Positions 1-13,879 of a stretch of DNA of 64,000 nt are shown in pieces. Below the pieces are notes generated by a model. The model was not told where the DNA came from. It worked only from the letters and a program-made list of their open reading frames with translations, and ran no database searches. The stretch is from Lama guanicoe (taxonomy: Eukaryota). The stretch lies in NCBI GenBank assembly GCA_013239625.1, contig MU054212.1, positions 7,352,270-7,416,269 on the forward strand, given 5' to 3'. The position numbers and the translations under genes are program-made. How positions within the stretch are numbered: position 1 is the first letter of the stretch; each line of letters opens with the position of its first letter.

Positions 1-1039
1 CTGTAGATAAAGTTCATCACCAGATCACCCTTGCTGGTTCATATTCACCAAGGGCCACTCGGTACTGATTTCTCACTTTCCGTGAAAAAGGCTTTTGTGT
101 GAAATGTAGGATCTCTGGTGCTCTTCTCCCTGCTTTTCAAGGAAATAGTTCATAACATCTGACTTAATTGTGAAACTCAAAGTTAGTTTTATGAAATATG
201 TCAAGTTTCATGTGACCTTCAACTTCCCATTTTATCTGGCACAAACTTTCATTAAGGTTCACCATTGTGATTAAGGTAACATTTTTAAACTGTCACAAAA
301 TCATTGAGAGGTTATTATACCTGAGGAAAAATACACCTGTTTCCAAGTTTCTGCTAAGAATCTACATTGCTTCCATCAAAATTTCTTTTAAACCGTGTGG
401 AGAAGCTTATTTTTTTAAATCAGGAGAAGCACCAGGTGGCAAATACACATTTTCTGTACGATAGACGTGACCTTTTTACCATTGTTCAACACAGGAAGAG
501 AATAAAAAGATGTAAAGCAGAAGCAGGGTGGAATTCACACAGGAAAGAAAATTCTCTCTGGTGACAATCCAAAGATATACCCCATCATAGATAATGTAAG
601 TAGTTAAATTGTCAAATAGAGATACAGGACAGTGGGTCTTATGGGAAAGCAGCACCGTATTTTTATAGGAAACAACATAAGAAACTAAGTCTTTTTTTTT
701 TTTTGGTACAGAGAGGAAGAAAAAGAATAATGAACTATGTGGGGAGCAAAAAGATTGTAAAGAAAATACAAAACATATATGTCAGAGAAAAAGTATAAAA
801 ATATATGTATAAAACGCCTAAGGTTTACACATACCGGAAATAAAGGGGAAATTGTTCTTTGTTCACTTGAGGTTTTAGAAAGACTCAATACTGTAGGTTT
901 GGCATGTGTTTGTTTTTGATGTTCATATATACAGTTTTAGGTGGTTTCATTGTTGTTTTACTGGCAGCAGCTGCAGATGAATAAGGATACTGGGTGCGGA
1001 TGGGACACTACACTGTGGCACACTCGACGTGAATAGGAT

Positions 1040-1290
1040 GTTGGAGGCAATGATGGTGTGGTTACAAGGGCAGACTTGAGCCAAACTGGCTCTCATTTCT
1101 TGCAATTCCAGCTGTGTGTTTTGGGTGAATTAAGCTCCCTGTTTATCAGTTTCATCCTTAGTAAAATGAGATGAAATTTCATGTCTCATAAGGCTACTGA
1201 AGGGATTGCATAGACAATGCAATTGAAATATTTCAAATAGAGCCTGGCTGTCAGTAAATGAACGCTAATTGCTAACTGCTGTTATTAACC
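1040..1290 (+). mobile_element. MIR SINE, degraded
   Basis: MIR core-like tract (tcagtttcatccttagtaaaatgagatgaaa) followed by a MIR 3'-like segment (agagcctggctgtcagtaaatg...ctgctgttatta). Recognised by eye. Confidence 0.65.
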
Positions 1291-2734
1291 ATTAAGATCA
1301 GATTTTAACTCACTCAGTTTCTTTTAGCAGGTAATTTTCACTAAAGCAAAAATTTCTACAAAACCCGCAACGCACAGTCCTTTCCTTTCTCATTTACTCT
1401 CTGACCTCTGGACAGTAAAGTTTTATCTTCTTCTTAGGTGAAAATGTGAAAATTTCATATGGCAAAAGTAAAATCTCATAACTAGTTTTTCCTAATGTAA
1501 TAACCAATGAAGAGGAAATCTGAATTTATGTTAGGATGTTAATGTCTCCGTACTTATGGACTTTCCATGTCAGATAGTCAATAAAAAAAGGAAACAGATG
1601 CTAAGAAAACTGATTATCATAGTTAAAAGAATGATATGAACGGTTAAGGACCTGGGCATGGGCGTGGGTGGAAAATCATAGCCAATTAGAACAGGCATTT
1701 CCTCATCATAAAGAAATTACCACCCAAGTTAGCTTAAATGCTTTTGATTTACAGAAGAAAGAAAGAATTAAAATTATGCCAACACACATAGAGGGTGATT
1801 TTTGTGTAGGATTATTGGAGAACTTTTTGTTGAGATAGAATTGTGATCTGCTAGAGGCACCGTTACATTTTACTTATAATCTGTCGGAGACAACGAGACC
1901 CAGAGATCTGAGTGTTTTTCTGACTAACAGAATAGCCCAGGTTGATAACACAAGGCTGGTCAGTTCATTTTCAGTTTTGATAAAAATATTCTACGTTCTG
2001 TAACACACATATTCTACAGACTAAGTTTAAAATACAGTATTTTGCATGTGTCATGAAGGTTGACTGTTCCATTTTTGGGAGATGAAACAAGAACCATTTA
2101 ATGTCCCTGGAGAGACAGACACCAGCCTAACGTGCAATTTCCACTGAATATCTCCTGAAGGTTACGGTTCCTTTTTCAGAATTTAACTAAGACATAGCAA
2201 GAGACAGAGCCTTCACAAATGTAAACAGAATCTCTTCCCACTTCTGAATTTTCCCTTACCCTGCCCTTCGTTTATTTTGAGTCTATGATCACCGAATAGA
2301 AATGTTCCAACCCTACCATCATAACTTTGAAATGTCAAAGCATTGACTAGTAATATTCTTCTGGCAAGTTTATAAAATATTCTTGTGGCCTATAGTTTAT
2401 TTCAATCGTAACAACACTGGTTCAAAAACTTAAGGTTATCGTTTCTGTCTCCAAAACGTGACTAGTAAGCTCCTGTAAAACGTTAAATGTTAAGCAACCT
2501 TTCACGAGCATGACCAGCTATCCTAGGCAATCTCTGTCCTTTTCCTAGACAAATCCAAAATGTGGAATAAATGCCTCTTTGAGGTTTATAAACCAGCTAC
2601 AAAGGAAGCAAACATTTTTCAGATGGCAGAGTCCCTCCTTTGGGAGTCTCTTTGAATGAGGTGTTCATTGGGTGATATTCATGATTGTACCTTGTAAAAA
2701 GGCATTTATTCCATATTTTGGATTTGAAGAGATA

Positions 2735-4640
2735 GAGCAATCATCAGAACCAGACTAAGAACCAGGCAGAGATGTTGGAATTATTCAGACCAGAAATTTA
2801 AAGCAACTATCATTAATATGATAAGGGCTCTAACAAAGAAGTGGACAAAGTGCAAGAACTATGAGTGATGTAAGCAGAGAAATGGAAATGCTAAGGAGAA
2901 ATCTAAAGGAAATGCTAGAAATAAAAACAACAACGCTGTAACAGAAATGAAGCATGCCTTTGATGGACTCGTTAATCTTCTTAATATGGCCAAGAAAAAG
3001 TTCTCTGAGCTTGAAGAAATGTGGATAGAAACTTCCAAAACTGAAATGCAGAGAGAAAAAAAAAATTTAAAAGCAGACATAATGTTCAAAAATGTAGGAC
3101 AATTACAAAAGGTGTAATACACACAAGGGGACTATCAGGAGAAGAAAGAGAGAAAGGAAGATAAATATTTGAAGCAATGATGTTTGAACATTTTCAAAAA
3201 TTAATGATATATACTAAATCACAGGTCCAGGAAACTCAAACAACAAGAAACAGAATAAATACATAAACTACATTAACTACACTCAGGCAGGCATATTGTA
3301 TTCAAACTGCAGAAAATCAAAGACAAGAGAAAAATCTGGAAAGAAACCATGGAGGGGAGACGCCTTACATATAGAGGAGCAGGGAAAGTAATTACATCAT
3401 ATTTCTCTTTAGAAACCATGCCAGAATTCAGAAATTCTTCTGAAGCTCACACAGAACATTCACCAAGATAGACCACATGCTGGTCCATAAAGCACACCTT
3501 GGCAAATTTAAAATATATAAATCATTCAAAGCATGCTGTCATCAAACAAACCAGATTGGTAAAATCAAGATAGCTCAGAAACCCTCAAATATTTGGAGAT
3601 TAAACAATACACTTCTACTTAACCCATGGGTCAGGAGGAAGTCTCAAGAGGAATTTTAAAATATTTTGAACTAAATGAAAATGAAAATACAAATTATCAA
3701 AGTTTCTGAGATGTAGCAAAAGCACAGAACTTCAAGGGAAATTTTAACTTTAAATACACATATTAGAAAAGAACAAAAAACTAAAATCAAATATCTAAGC
3801 ATCCATCATAGGAAATCAGAAAAAGGAGACTAAATCCAGAGTAAGTATAAGAAAATAAGTAATAAAAATAAAAGCAGAAATCAATAATTTGAAAAATCAA
3901 TAGAGAAAAAATCTATGAACTCAAGAGCTGGTTATTTAAAAAGGTCAGTAAAATTGATAAACTTCTATCCAGGTTTACTAAGAAATTAAAAAGAGAAGAT
4001 ATAAATTCCTAATATCTAAAATGAAAGCGGCAACATCATTACTGATTCCATGGACATTAAGATACTATGAACAACTCTGTGCACACAAATGTGACAACCT
4101 AGATGAAATAAACCAATTCCTTGAAAGACACAATCTACCGAAACTCACACAAGGAGAAATAGATAACATAAGTAGATCTCTACCAGCTAAAGAATTTCAA
4201 TCTGTAATAAAAAACCTTCCCAAACAGAAAGCACTGCACCCATATGGGTGCCCTCATGAATTCTGCCACATTCAAGGAAGAAATCAAAACAATTGTCTCC
4301 AATCTCTTCAAAGACATTGCTAGAAAGGAAGACTACAGGCCAATATCTCTCATGAACCTAGTTGCAAAATTCCTCAGCAAAATATTAGCAAGTCAACTAA
4401 CAATGTAGAAAAAGGTTTATTTACCACTACCAAGTGGGATTTACTCCAGGTATATAAGATTGGTCCAACATTTGAAAGAAAATTAATCTAACCCACCACA
4501 TCAGTAGGCTTAGGAGAAAAATCATATGGTCATAGCAACAGATGCAGAAAAAAAAAAAAAGACAAAATTCAGCATCCATTTGTGATGAAAATTCTGAGCC
4601 AACTAGGACCAGAAGAGAACTTCCTCAACTTGGAACACCT
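2735..4640 (+). mobile_element. Old LINE-1 remnant: ORF1 (to ~3420) joined by an internal deletion to ORF2 (late endonuclease to start of RT)
   Basis: The ORF track peptide RYYEQLCAHKCDNLDEINQFLERHNLPKLTQGEIDN matches L1 ORF2p. 'gactacaggccaatatctctcatgaac' is the YRPISL motif. Many stops and frameshifts. Confidence 0.9.
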
Positions 4641-4654
4641 CCAAAAAAGCCCAA

Positions 4655-4882
4655 ACACTAGATGCTTCTGGATGATGGGGTCCATGGTAAGACAAGTAAA
4701 ATTCAGGGTGATGATACTGTCAAACTGCCTTTGACATAAAATGTTCCAGGGTCAAAGATGATGTTGTGTGGGATACCATGGCACTAAATAATGCATTCAG
4801 CCATTCCAAGTGTGATGGTTTGACAGTAGCACTTTGAAAGGGAAGGCAACTCCACATCTAGGATGCAGATCTGTTCTCATGA
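4655..4882 (-). mobile_element. ERVL-class endogenous retrovirus integrase core remnant
   Basis: The minus strand gives RTDLHPRCGVAFP / HGIPHNIIFDPGT / SYHGPHHPEAS across frameshifts. These resemble ERVL integrase GIDTYSGYGFAFP / HGIPHSIASDQGT / SYHVPHHPEAA. Confidence 0.8.
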
Positions 4883-5100
4883 GGAATGCAACCACTGTCA
4901 GAAGTATTGCAAGGCAAGTGGAAAGACAAAGGAAAATACCGGGTCCACGTCTTGATCTCTTCCTGTGGCCCACACTAGCCAAGTCCACATGAAAGCTAGA
5001 AAGTAGGGACCCCTCCCCCGCAGCCTGCAGAGAAGGCAGAAAAGGAGAAATTGTTTCAGGAAGGATGGAAAACTGAGAATAACAAAACACATTCCTATCC
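4883..5100. mobile_element. ERVL-class LTR fragment (LTR33-like)
   Basis: The minus-strand text 'ttggctagtgtgggccacaggaagagatcaagacg...cggtatttt...cagtggttgcattcctc' resembles old ERVL LTR33-type sequence. Family and orientation are uncertain. Confidence 0.45.
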
Positions 5101-6104
5101 TTATAAAGGCAACAAATATACGATGGACTCCAAATCTCTGATCCAGACTCTAGCACTGCATTGAGACCAGAAGACACATTACTTCAGATAGAAGAGGAGG
5201 TGAGGCTGCCTGGGTATAAATTGCACACCAGGCAAACCAAGAAAGAGAAGCACGTCTTGATTGGTCGTTCTAGTAAAGTGTCAGCAAGCATGCGGCCAAC
5301 TTGAACTGGCAATGATAAACACGAATAGATCCTTCATGTGAAAAAGCAGCTATCATGGACCAAATGTGGTTGTTGACACTTGTTGCCTCTCTTAGAATAA
5401 CCAAGTGCTAGAAGGCAAGGAATTATTGTGAATGGAAATGTATTCTATTCACAATCAAATGAAATGGGGTGGGCCCAAAGCCAGAGAATATTCTTGATTG
5501 GACTCTTATTTTTATTGTCCTAAATTTAGCTAGCTGCATTTTGTTGAGTACCATCCCATTCAATTTTTGAAATGGAGGCTTTGGCATTTATCATAAAATC
5601 TCATTTTCATTGCAGAGAAATCATAAGGCTCTATAATTACCCACACAGAAAGGAGTCTTTTTTTTTTTTTGATACAACATGCATAGCATATAGTGAAGTC
5701 CCAAATTATATTATTGTTAACAGGTTGCCCTGGAGGAATCCAGACATAAAAATTTAGAACCTTGATGAGAGAACATGGTAAAAAAAAAATCTGTCATTTA
5801 CAACTTGCTAGTGGTTCTGCTCTTTTCTAGAAATAGAGCCTTCAACACACATTTGGGACAGACTTTTCTTTCATGCTAAGGAATCTCCAGGAATTAGTTC
5901 TCAGTTACACAAATATAAAACATAGTCTACCTGCTGTGAGACAGAATGTAATTTCCTGTGCAACTTTCACCCAGTTGTCATATGCTAATTCTGGTAATAT
6001 TATATTTGTATATCTTTGAGCCTGAGCTGGGGGAGCAAACATTTTTGGAGTTTATTAACTGAGCCCGTGTTTTCCCTGATCACTCATGTTTCTAATAAGA
6101 TTTT

Positions 6105-7085
6105 TTTTAAACTTTCTATTTTGAAATAATTCTAGATGTAGAGAAAAGTTATAAAATAATAGAGTTCCTATCCATCAACCAGTTTTCCCTAACATTAATA
6201 TCTTGTATAATCATAGCACATTTATCAAAACCAAGAAAGGAACACTGGTGCAATGCTGTTAACTGAAATCTTCTTTTGGATCTACCGGTTTCTTCAGTAG
6301 CATCCTTTTTCGTTTCCAGTATCCAATCCAGAATCCCACATTGCATTTATTGTTATGACTATTTAGTCGTCTCCAGTCTGTGACCATTTCTCAATCCTTC
6401 CTGGGTATCTCTGAAGAGTGTTGGTCAGTTTTTTTTTTTTTAAATAGAATGTATCTCAATTTGAGTTTGATACTTTCTAATGATTAGATTGAGGTTATGT
6501 ATTTTGAGGGGAAATATTACAAACGTGATGTGGCTTCCTCGGTGCTTCATGACATCCCCGGGCATGTGAGTGTGACACGTCTTATCAGTAGTGACGGTAA
6601 CCGTGATCACTAGTTCAAGGTTGTGTCAGGTTTCACACTTCCCAGTTTGCCGCTATACAAATACCCTTTCTTTTCAGACTTTTGCCCCACTGGTGACTCT
6701 TGCCTACAACAGTTACTACGGTGGCATTCTAATGGAGATTTTCTCTTATTCTTTCAATGTTTATTAATTGAAATTCTGGAAGGAAGACGACTCCTCCATA
6801 AATTCGTAATTTATTCACTGATTTGCGTTTGTCAGTATGGACTTATGCGTATTTATTTTATTCTCTGTGTTATAATCCAATATTATCGTTATTTATCATT
6901 TGCCTAAATCACTCCAGCTTTGGCCATTGGGCGCTCCTTCATGCCAGTGACTGTGTCTGTTCAACCATGTCACGTCCTATTTGAGAAGTTATTTACTTTC
7001 TGGCACTACGAGATGCCCCAGCCTCATCTCATCTTCCCTGCCCCATCCCTGGATTCAACCACTTCTCCAAAGAGCCCCGGTTCCA
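6105..7085 (-). mobile_element. Old L1 3' end (L1MC-like)
   Basis: T-rich tail followed by 'aactttctattttgaaataattctag...ccaatccagaatcccacattgcattta', typical of an antisense L1MC 3'UTR. Confidence 0.75.
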
Positions 7086-7089
7086 TGTT

Positions 7090-9470
7090 TCCACAATTAT
7101 TGTACTTTGGTTAGTGAATGTGTTTCTCATAGACCATCGACATTCACCATGGTTATTGAATAGATGGACTAAAATCTACCATATTCATCAATGTTTCCTA
7201 TCTGCTGCCCTTGTCCTTTGTTCCTGCTTTTGTCTTCTCTTTTCCTGTCTTTTGTGGTTTTCATTGAGCTTTTTACATGATTCCATTTCTCTCTTAGCTT
7301 GTCATACTTTTTTTTTTTACTTTTTTAATGGTTGAACTAGAGATCATAATATACATATACACATTTACAAATAATCCAAATTCCCTTTTTAATGGCACTC
7401 TATCACTTCACTGACGGTGTGAGTGCTTATCCTAACAAAATATTCTAGTTTCCTGCCTCCCATCCCTTAGATTATTGATGTCATTCATTTACCTTATATA
7501 AGCTTATATACCATATATAAGCATATACCTATAATACACGTTATTATTACCAACATACAGAATTGAATGCATTGTTCCTATTACTATTTTGAACTGTTAT
7601 ATGTTCGATCAATTAAGAATAAGAAAACAGAAAATAACAGTTTTTATTGCCTTATTCCTTCCTCAGTGCTCTTCCTGTCTTTATACAGATCTGGGTTCCT
7701 GGCCTATATTATTTTTCCTTCTCTCTGAAGAACTTCATTTAACATGTCTAGCAAAGCAAGTCTACTGGCAACAAAGCCCCTCAATTTTCATTTGAGAAAG
7801 TCTATTTCTCCTCCATTTCTGAAGGATAATTTTGCAGGGTACAGAATTTAGGTGGGTGGAGTTTTAACATGTTGATCTCCACATCACCCAAATCTGGGTG
7901 ACAGGTGTTTCCTCAGGGGCACCCGATCCACAGTGGGTGATCAATAATGTGTTAAAAATATTTCACTCCACTCTTTTCTTGTTTGTGTGGTTTATGAGAA
8001 GTTGGGTGTAATTCTTACCTTTATTGCTGTGTAGGTAAGGGGTTTTTATTTTTCCCTCTGGCTTTCTTTTAGGATTTTTTCTTTATCTTCGATTTTTCTT
8101 TCTTTTATAAAAAAAATTTGAGTATGATATGCCTGGGTGCGGATTTTTTTGGCATTTATCCTTCTTGGTGTTCTCTGAACTTCCCAGGTCTGTGGTTTGG
8201 TGATTAACATTAATTTGGGGGAAAATCCCAGCTGTTACTGTTGCAAATATTTCTTCTCTTACCTTCTTTTTTCTTTGAAATTTCTATTACATGTCCATTA
8301 GACATTCTGTAGTTTCCCCAGAGTCCTTGGATATTCTGTTCTTTTTTTTTTTTTAGTCATTGTTCTCTTTGCTTTTCTGTTTTTGAAATACTCTTGTACA
8401 TCTTCTAGCTTGGAGATTTCTTTCCTCAGCTGTGTCTAGTCTACTAATAAGCTTATTGAAGGCTTTATTTCTGCAGCTTTTTTTGTCTCTAACATTTCTT
8501 TCGGTTTTTTTCCCTTAGGATTTCCTTCATCGCTTATCTGTTCTTGAATGCTGTCTACTCCATCCCTTAAAATATTCATCATTTTTTAAAAATTCCCCAT
8601 CTGATCATTTTAACGCCCCTGCCACTTCTGATTCTGATTCTGCTCTCTCCAAATTGTTGTTGGCCCTTTGGCATGCCTTGGCATTCTGTTCCTCACAGCT
8701 GGACGCAACTTACTGGGTAAAAGGAACTGGTATGAAAGGTCTTTGGTGACGCGGTGTTGAGGTGTTGAGGGCAGGGAAGCTCTCCATCTTGCTGTGATGA
8801 GGTCTCTGTCTTTCAGTGAGCAGGGGCCTCTGGGCTGTGACCTTCACAGTTTCCTCAGTTTCCTCCTCTCTCCACCTCGGGTGAGACGGGGAGACTGGCT
8901 GGCTGGAGTGGGCTGGCGTCGGGTGCGTTCCTTTCCCACGACAATTAGGCTCTGATTAAGCCCCGGCAGCTGAGGCTCTGGTTAATTGGTTTCCCCTGAT
9001 GCGAGGCTTCTTAAGAAGGACCGGGCGCTCCGCCTCAATCAAGATGGTGCCTTCACCTCCCGGCCCTCTGATGCCCAAGGGGGTCTTTCCCTGCTCTTTG
9101 CTGTTGGAATCTGAGCTCCTGGAGGTACAGCTCATGCATCGCAGGGGGGCCCCTCTGACAGGGCCCCCCCACTGGATTCTGTAACTCGCAGGCTCCGGGA
9201 GTTGGTCAGCTGCGGTTCAGGCCTTGCCACCCCAGCGGCGTCCCGGCCCTGGATACTCTGCTCCTCTTCGCTCTCTGCTCTGGTAAGCGGTTTTCCTTTG
9301 GATTCCCCCATGGGTCTCTCCAGTTTCGAGTCCAGAACTTTGCCCTGTGTGCTCCCCTCTCTTAGGAATCCAAGAATTGTTGATTTTTTCCGGTTTGTTC
9401 AGATTTTTACTCGTTACGGCCGAGTGGTAATTTCCAAGTTCCTTGCGTGAGGAACTAAAACAAAGTCTGA
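7090..9470 (-). mobile_element. Old L1 5' half (5'UTR + ORF1 + inter-ORF region; L1MC/L1MD-like)
   Basis: Antisense ORF1 text (gatatgcctgggtgcggattttttt ggcatttatccttcttggtgttctctgaacttcc) and an L1MC/D-type 5' terminus near 9370-9460. The same family 5' end recurs at 24480-25240. Confidence 0.8.
7868..7951. mobile_element. 84-bp TTAA-flanked inverted-repeat mini-element (piggyBac-like MITE candidate) inserted in L1 ORF1
   Basis: TTAA at 7864-7867 and 7952-7955. Imperfect terminal inverted repeats (catgttgatc ... gatcaataatgtg) and internal palindromes. L1 sequence resumes on both sides. Confidence 0.55.
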
Positions 9471-9479
9471 CTTCAATTA

Positions 9480-10050
9480 AAAAAAGAAAATGTGTATACA
9501 GTTAAAGTCACTCTTTGTGAAGCACAGGTCTATGGGTCTGACAAATACACAGAACAGTTCCGTCACCCCCTCGCCGAAAATTCTGTGTGTTGCCTGTTTG
9601 TTTCCTTCCCTTTTTCGCTGAGTTACTCCGTTGATAGGCTAGACTTCGGGTTGTTTATCTGTGCTTGAGTTTAAGGGCATCTGGGTTATTTCCAGATTTT
9701 GGCAATTATGAATAAAGCTGCAATAAACATTTACTCAGAGATTTTTGGGTGAGCATACGTTTGTATTCTCTTTGGTAAAATACCCAGGACCAGAGTGGCT
9801 GAGTCGCCCGGTAAATGTCTGTTTAACTTTTTCTGAGAACAGCAAACCGCTTTCCAGGGTAGCCGAAGCATTCGCTTTCCCACCAGCAGTGTGTGAGAAT
9901 TCTAGTTGCTTTCCACCCTCACCAGCACTTGGTGTTCTAACTTTTCCCCCTCTATAATTTTAGCCCTTTTGAAATTAGAATTGGCGTGTAGCGGTATCCC
10001 ATTGTGGTGTTTGCATTACCCTAACGACTAATGATGTTGAGTTCTTGTGT
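9480..10050 (-). mobile_element. Old L1 3' region (ORF2 C-terminus/3'UTR; L1MB/ME-like)
   Basis: 'gggcatctgggttatttccagattttggcaattatgaataaagctgcaataaacatt' and 'tcaccagcacttggt' are antisense L1 3' hallmarks. Confidence 0.8.
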
Positions 10051-10479
10051 GAATTTTTCTTAAATCGTTTTTTTTTTTTTCTCCCAGCTGGTTGATAGGT
10101 GGAGCTTGAGCTCCCTGAAGGAGTTGGCACACAGAGGAGAGGGGCTGAGGGATTTTGTGCGTGCATGCGTGTGCGGGGTGAGGGAAGGGAGGGAAATACG
10201 AGATGGAAGCAATGATGGTTTGCTGCCCAGATAACTATGTAGACTTTTCCCCAACCCCCACACACAACCTGCCGCAATGCTGATGTCACGGAACAGGTGG
10301 AAACACTGAAATCACTGAGAAGCTGCCCGTGAGATGCAGGAAGTAACTCTGTTGTGAAGGGTTTATTATAAGAAGCTAGAGTACAGGGCTTCCACTGGTT
10401 GCTAGAGGCCTGGGGGAGTAACCCTGGATGACTGTCACTCTTTAGTTTTTTCTAACGGTGAAATTGGGAAAGAAACCTT

Positions 10480-11175
10480 TTTCTTCCAGTTTGGCTGAGA
10501 CTGAATTGACATACAGCACTGTGTAGGTTTAAGGTGTACGGTACAATGATTTGACTTTACATTATGAAATGATTACCGCTGTAAGTTTAGTGAACATCCA
10601 TCCTCTTGTATAGATATAAAATTAAAGAAGTAGAAAATAAATAGAAAACAGTATCTCATTGTGATGAGAACTCCTAGGTTTTACTCACGTAACAGCTTTC
10701 GTATGTAACGTTACAGCTGTGTTAGTATCATTTGGACGTTACATCCTTAGTAATTAGTTACAACTAGAAGTTTGTGTCTTTTAATTGTGTCTGTCCAATT
10801 CCTTCTCCCCTCAATCCCTGGCTCTGGTAACCACAAATCTAGTCTTTTTCTATAAGTTTGTTCTTAAAGTGTAACAGACCTAAAACACTATCAGCGTTAG
10901 TTCCTACTACACAGCATAGGCTATGTCCCCGTACAAAGACATTGCATACTTATTGACCATACTCCCCACACTGTGCAGTTCATGCCTCTGACGTTCATTT
11001 TGCAGCTGGGTGTTTGCACCTTCTGATTTTCCTCACCTATTTCTCCCCTCCATCCCCTCTCCTCTGGCAACCACCTGTATCTATAATTCTTCTGTTTTGT
11101 TATGTTTGACCATTTGTTATTTAGATTCCACATGTAAGTATTTGTCTTTCTCTGACTGACTTATTTCATTTAGCG
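10480..11175 (-). mobile_element. L1 3'UTR fragment (L1MA9/laurasiatherian-type)
   Basis: 'aattgacatacagcactgtgtaggtttaaggtgtac...atgattacc...tttagattccacatgtaag...gacttatttcatttagc'. Confidence 0.8.
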
Positions 11176-12812
11176 TCCTGGAGCTTCCAGAAACAAGTGA
11201 GGGGCCTCGAGGTTGTCAGCGATGTTCTGAGGCAGCTACCCGCTCCCCTTCACCCTAACGTGACCTCCCACACCCACAGGCTGATGCAGCCTGGTGAAAG
11301 CTGGGTTACCTCGGAGTCAGTCTCTACTGGTAAAGAATTAGCTTCTCATCAGGGAGCTTAATGAGAAAAGGGTGTGTGGGTGTGTGGGTTTAAATTTAAA
11401 AAGCCAGGCTCAGAAATTCATTGAATAACAGTTTGAAAGTTTCCACCTTACATTAAAAAAAAAAAGAGAATTGAAAAAAGCCAACTTCCCCATTGATGGG
11501 CCTCTTTTACATGATGCACATCTCAACTGCCTTCTGTTTTCCATAGTGGATATGTCTCTATACCTCTGTTTCTTATAAGCAAAGCTTTTGCCCTTTCTAA
11601 AACAGCATCATCTTTCTCTCTAGGAAAGTTCTGTGGGTCATGTGACCTCACACCATTCCCATAGATCAGGACAAAAGATGGTCAAATGTCTTCACTGCAG
11701 AATGAGTCAAAGTTAAGCTGGCATTAGTCATGTTTTGTGTAATTACAGGGAGGGGAAAAACGACTGGCAGCGGAAATATCAGAGGCATGAATGTTTTGTT
11801 TTCACTTTTCCAATCCGAGCTCATCCCAGTGAGGGAGCTTGGACAAAAGCCCCAGATCCAGGTACTCATGGATCAGGAAGAACAGTCCCTTCCCTGCTGC
11901 TCCTCTAACAACACGTGTCAGTAGCCAGGGATGGCAGTTTAACCCGAGCCCTTACTCGGATGATTGCTTCACAGGCTGAGCATCCGGGCTGACGGGAGGC
12001 AGCTGTCGATCTTTTCTTACCCCCATTCCACCCTGTGCTGCTACCAACACCCGGGAAAAAAGCGGCATGTTCCTCGTCTGGCTGGAGAGGCTGAAGGTGC
12101 TTGGGTCTGAATGGATGTGGGGAAATCAGTGGCTCTACTTTAAGCTGCCTCAACATAGAAAGCACATTTCGAATTTGTTACTCAGGTTCTCATTGCTGCC
12201 TGTGCCTCTGGGGAATGTAATTTCAACCAGACAGGATGAGCCAGGGCAGTGATAACTGTTTCCATGCTGTGACTTTTCTGTTATTAAATAACATCGATGA
12301 TGTGATGTGCTGTGTCAAACTGCAAGATTTAACGTGTCAACTACCGGTTACAAGTTTCCAGGTTTAACAGAGGAATGCTTAAAAAGGAGGACAAATTTGA
12401 ATAGCTAAACGGGAATAAAAATAATAGTAATGGTTCAAGTTTCTTGAATGTTAATGCCAAACATGAATTCATTCAGCCTGTCATTCACAGCTCTCCATGT
12501 GCTAAACTCAATTTACCTTTTCATCACACTCTATTCCCCCTGCTACACACTCCACCTCCAGGATTCTGGCCAGTCTGGGCTGCTCATCCCTTCCCTCACT
12601 GCTCAATATTTTTTCCATACCTAGATTTCTCCTTTCCTTACCCTTTGTTATCTATTTGTTTAAATATTTTTCCTGTATCAAGAACTGATTCTCATGATGG
12701 TGAAATCTATTCCAAGTTAGTAAGAATTACTTTCTCTAATGTTCACTCATTGTGTGTGTTTATGCTTCTAGTTTACTTTTTATCATTCTTTTCTTTATAT
12801 TAGAGTTTCTTA

Positions 12813-13240
12813 CTGTGGTAAAGAGTGCTTGCCAGTATCCATTCTCCCCTTCTTCCTCAGTACTAGAGCTTGTAGTTTTTTTTAGTCACCCATTTCCCAG
12901 CCACCATTGCAGCTAGGGGCAGCTTTGTGGCTGAATTTCATCAAAGGAAAAACAAATGGTATCAGTATGGAAAGATCTATATGATGTCATAGAAGGAGGG
13001 CCTTGTGACCTTCTCCTTCTCTTTCTTCCTCATGGCTGTTCAGAATGTAGATGCAATGGCTGGAACAGGAGTAGCCATCCTGGGCTATGGGGAGAGAATG
13101 GCCTGTGATCTTCATTATCGTGGGACTCCCATAGTTTTATGGCACTAGTTATATTTAATGAGAAAGCACTCACTTTCCATCTTATATGAGCCTCTGTTAA
13201 TCTGAGTTTTCTGTCATTTGAATGGCAATCAATCCCAACA
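12813..13240 (+). mobile_element. MaLR solo LTR (MLT1I/J-like)
   Basis: TG start, plus 'cattctccccttcttcct', 'catttcccagccaccattgcagctagg' and 'gaatgtagatgcaatggctggaacaggagtagccatcctgg'. Confidence 0.7.
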
Positions 13241-13879
13241 ATTAGATCTTTGTAAAAGTAAGAACTCTCCCACCAGATGGTGAGTCCTGGGTGGTAGGTC
13301 TTATGGCTTATCGTGCATCCTTCTCAAGTCACTTCTCAGCAACTAGCACAGTGCATAACATATCATTTGCCAGCAAGTGTTTTTAAATCATGTATTTATA
13401 GAATTCAGTCAAGGAAAAAATGCACATTTTAATTTCTCAATACAAGGCAAGAAATGGAAAAATAATGGACAATTGAAAAGTACATAAAAGCAGTGACTGT
13501 TCAGAACAGAATTCACTTGAAGAATGTGTAAAGAAAGGAATCAGTCCACACGTGTTACACCAGACATGCTGAAGACAGTTCAGTGGGAGCGCAGTGCTTG
13601 TCCTGGCATCAGGAGTGTGGAAGGCTATTTTTAAACTGACTAAATATGTTTACCAAAGTGTATGTGTTTGTTAATATTCTAGCAATAAAAATTTTGGGGT
13701 ATCTACTATTGTCAGGTGCTAATAGCAGGTGGTAGAGCTAGAATGGTCAACAATCTGGGGTGGCCTTGCCCTGATGAGCAAGGCAATGAGTAGATTTTTA
13801 TTGACTAAAAATTCTCACAAAATGATTATAAATTATTCACAGAATTCATAGCATATAATTTATAATAATTTATATAATT

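Noticed and set aside
10066..10300. Poly(T) next to unique sequence as a retrocopy tail or strong splice acceptor
   Set aside because: No TSD, poly(A) signal, recognisable parent gene or convincing partner donor found.
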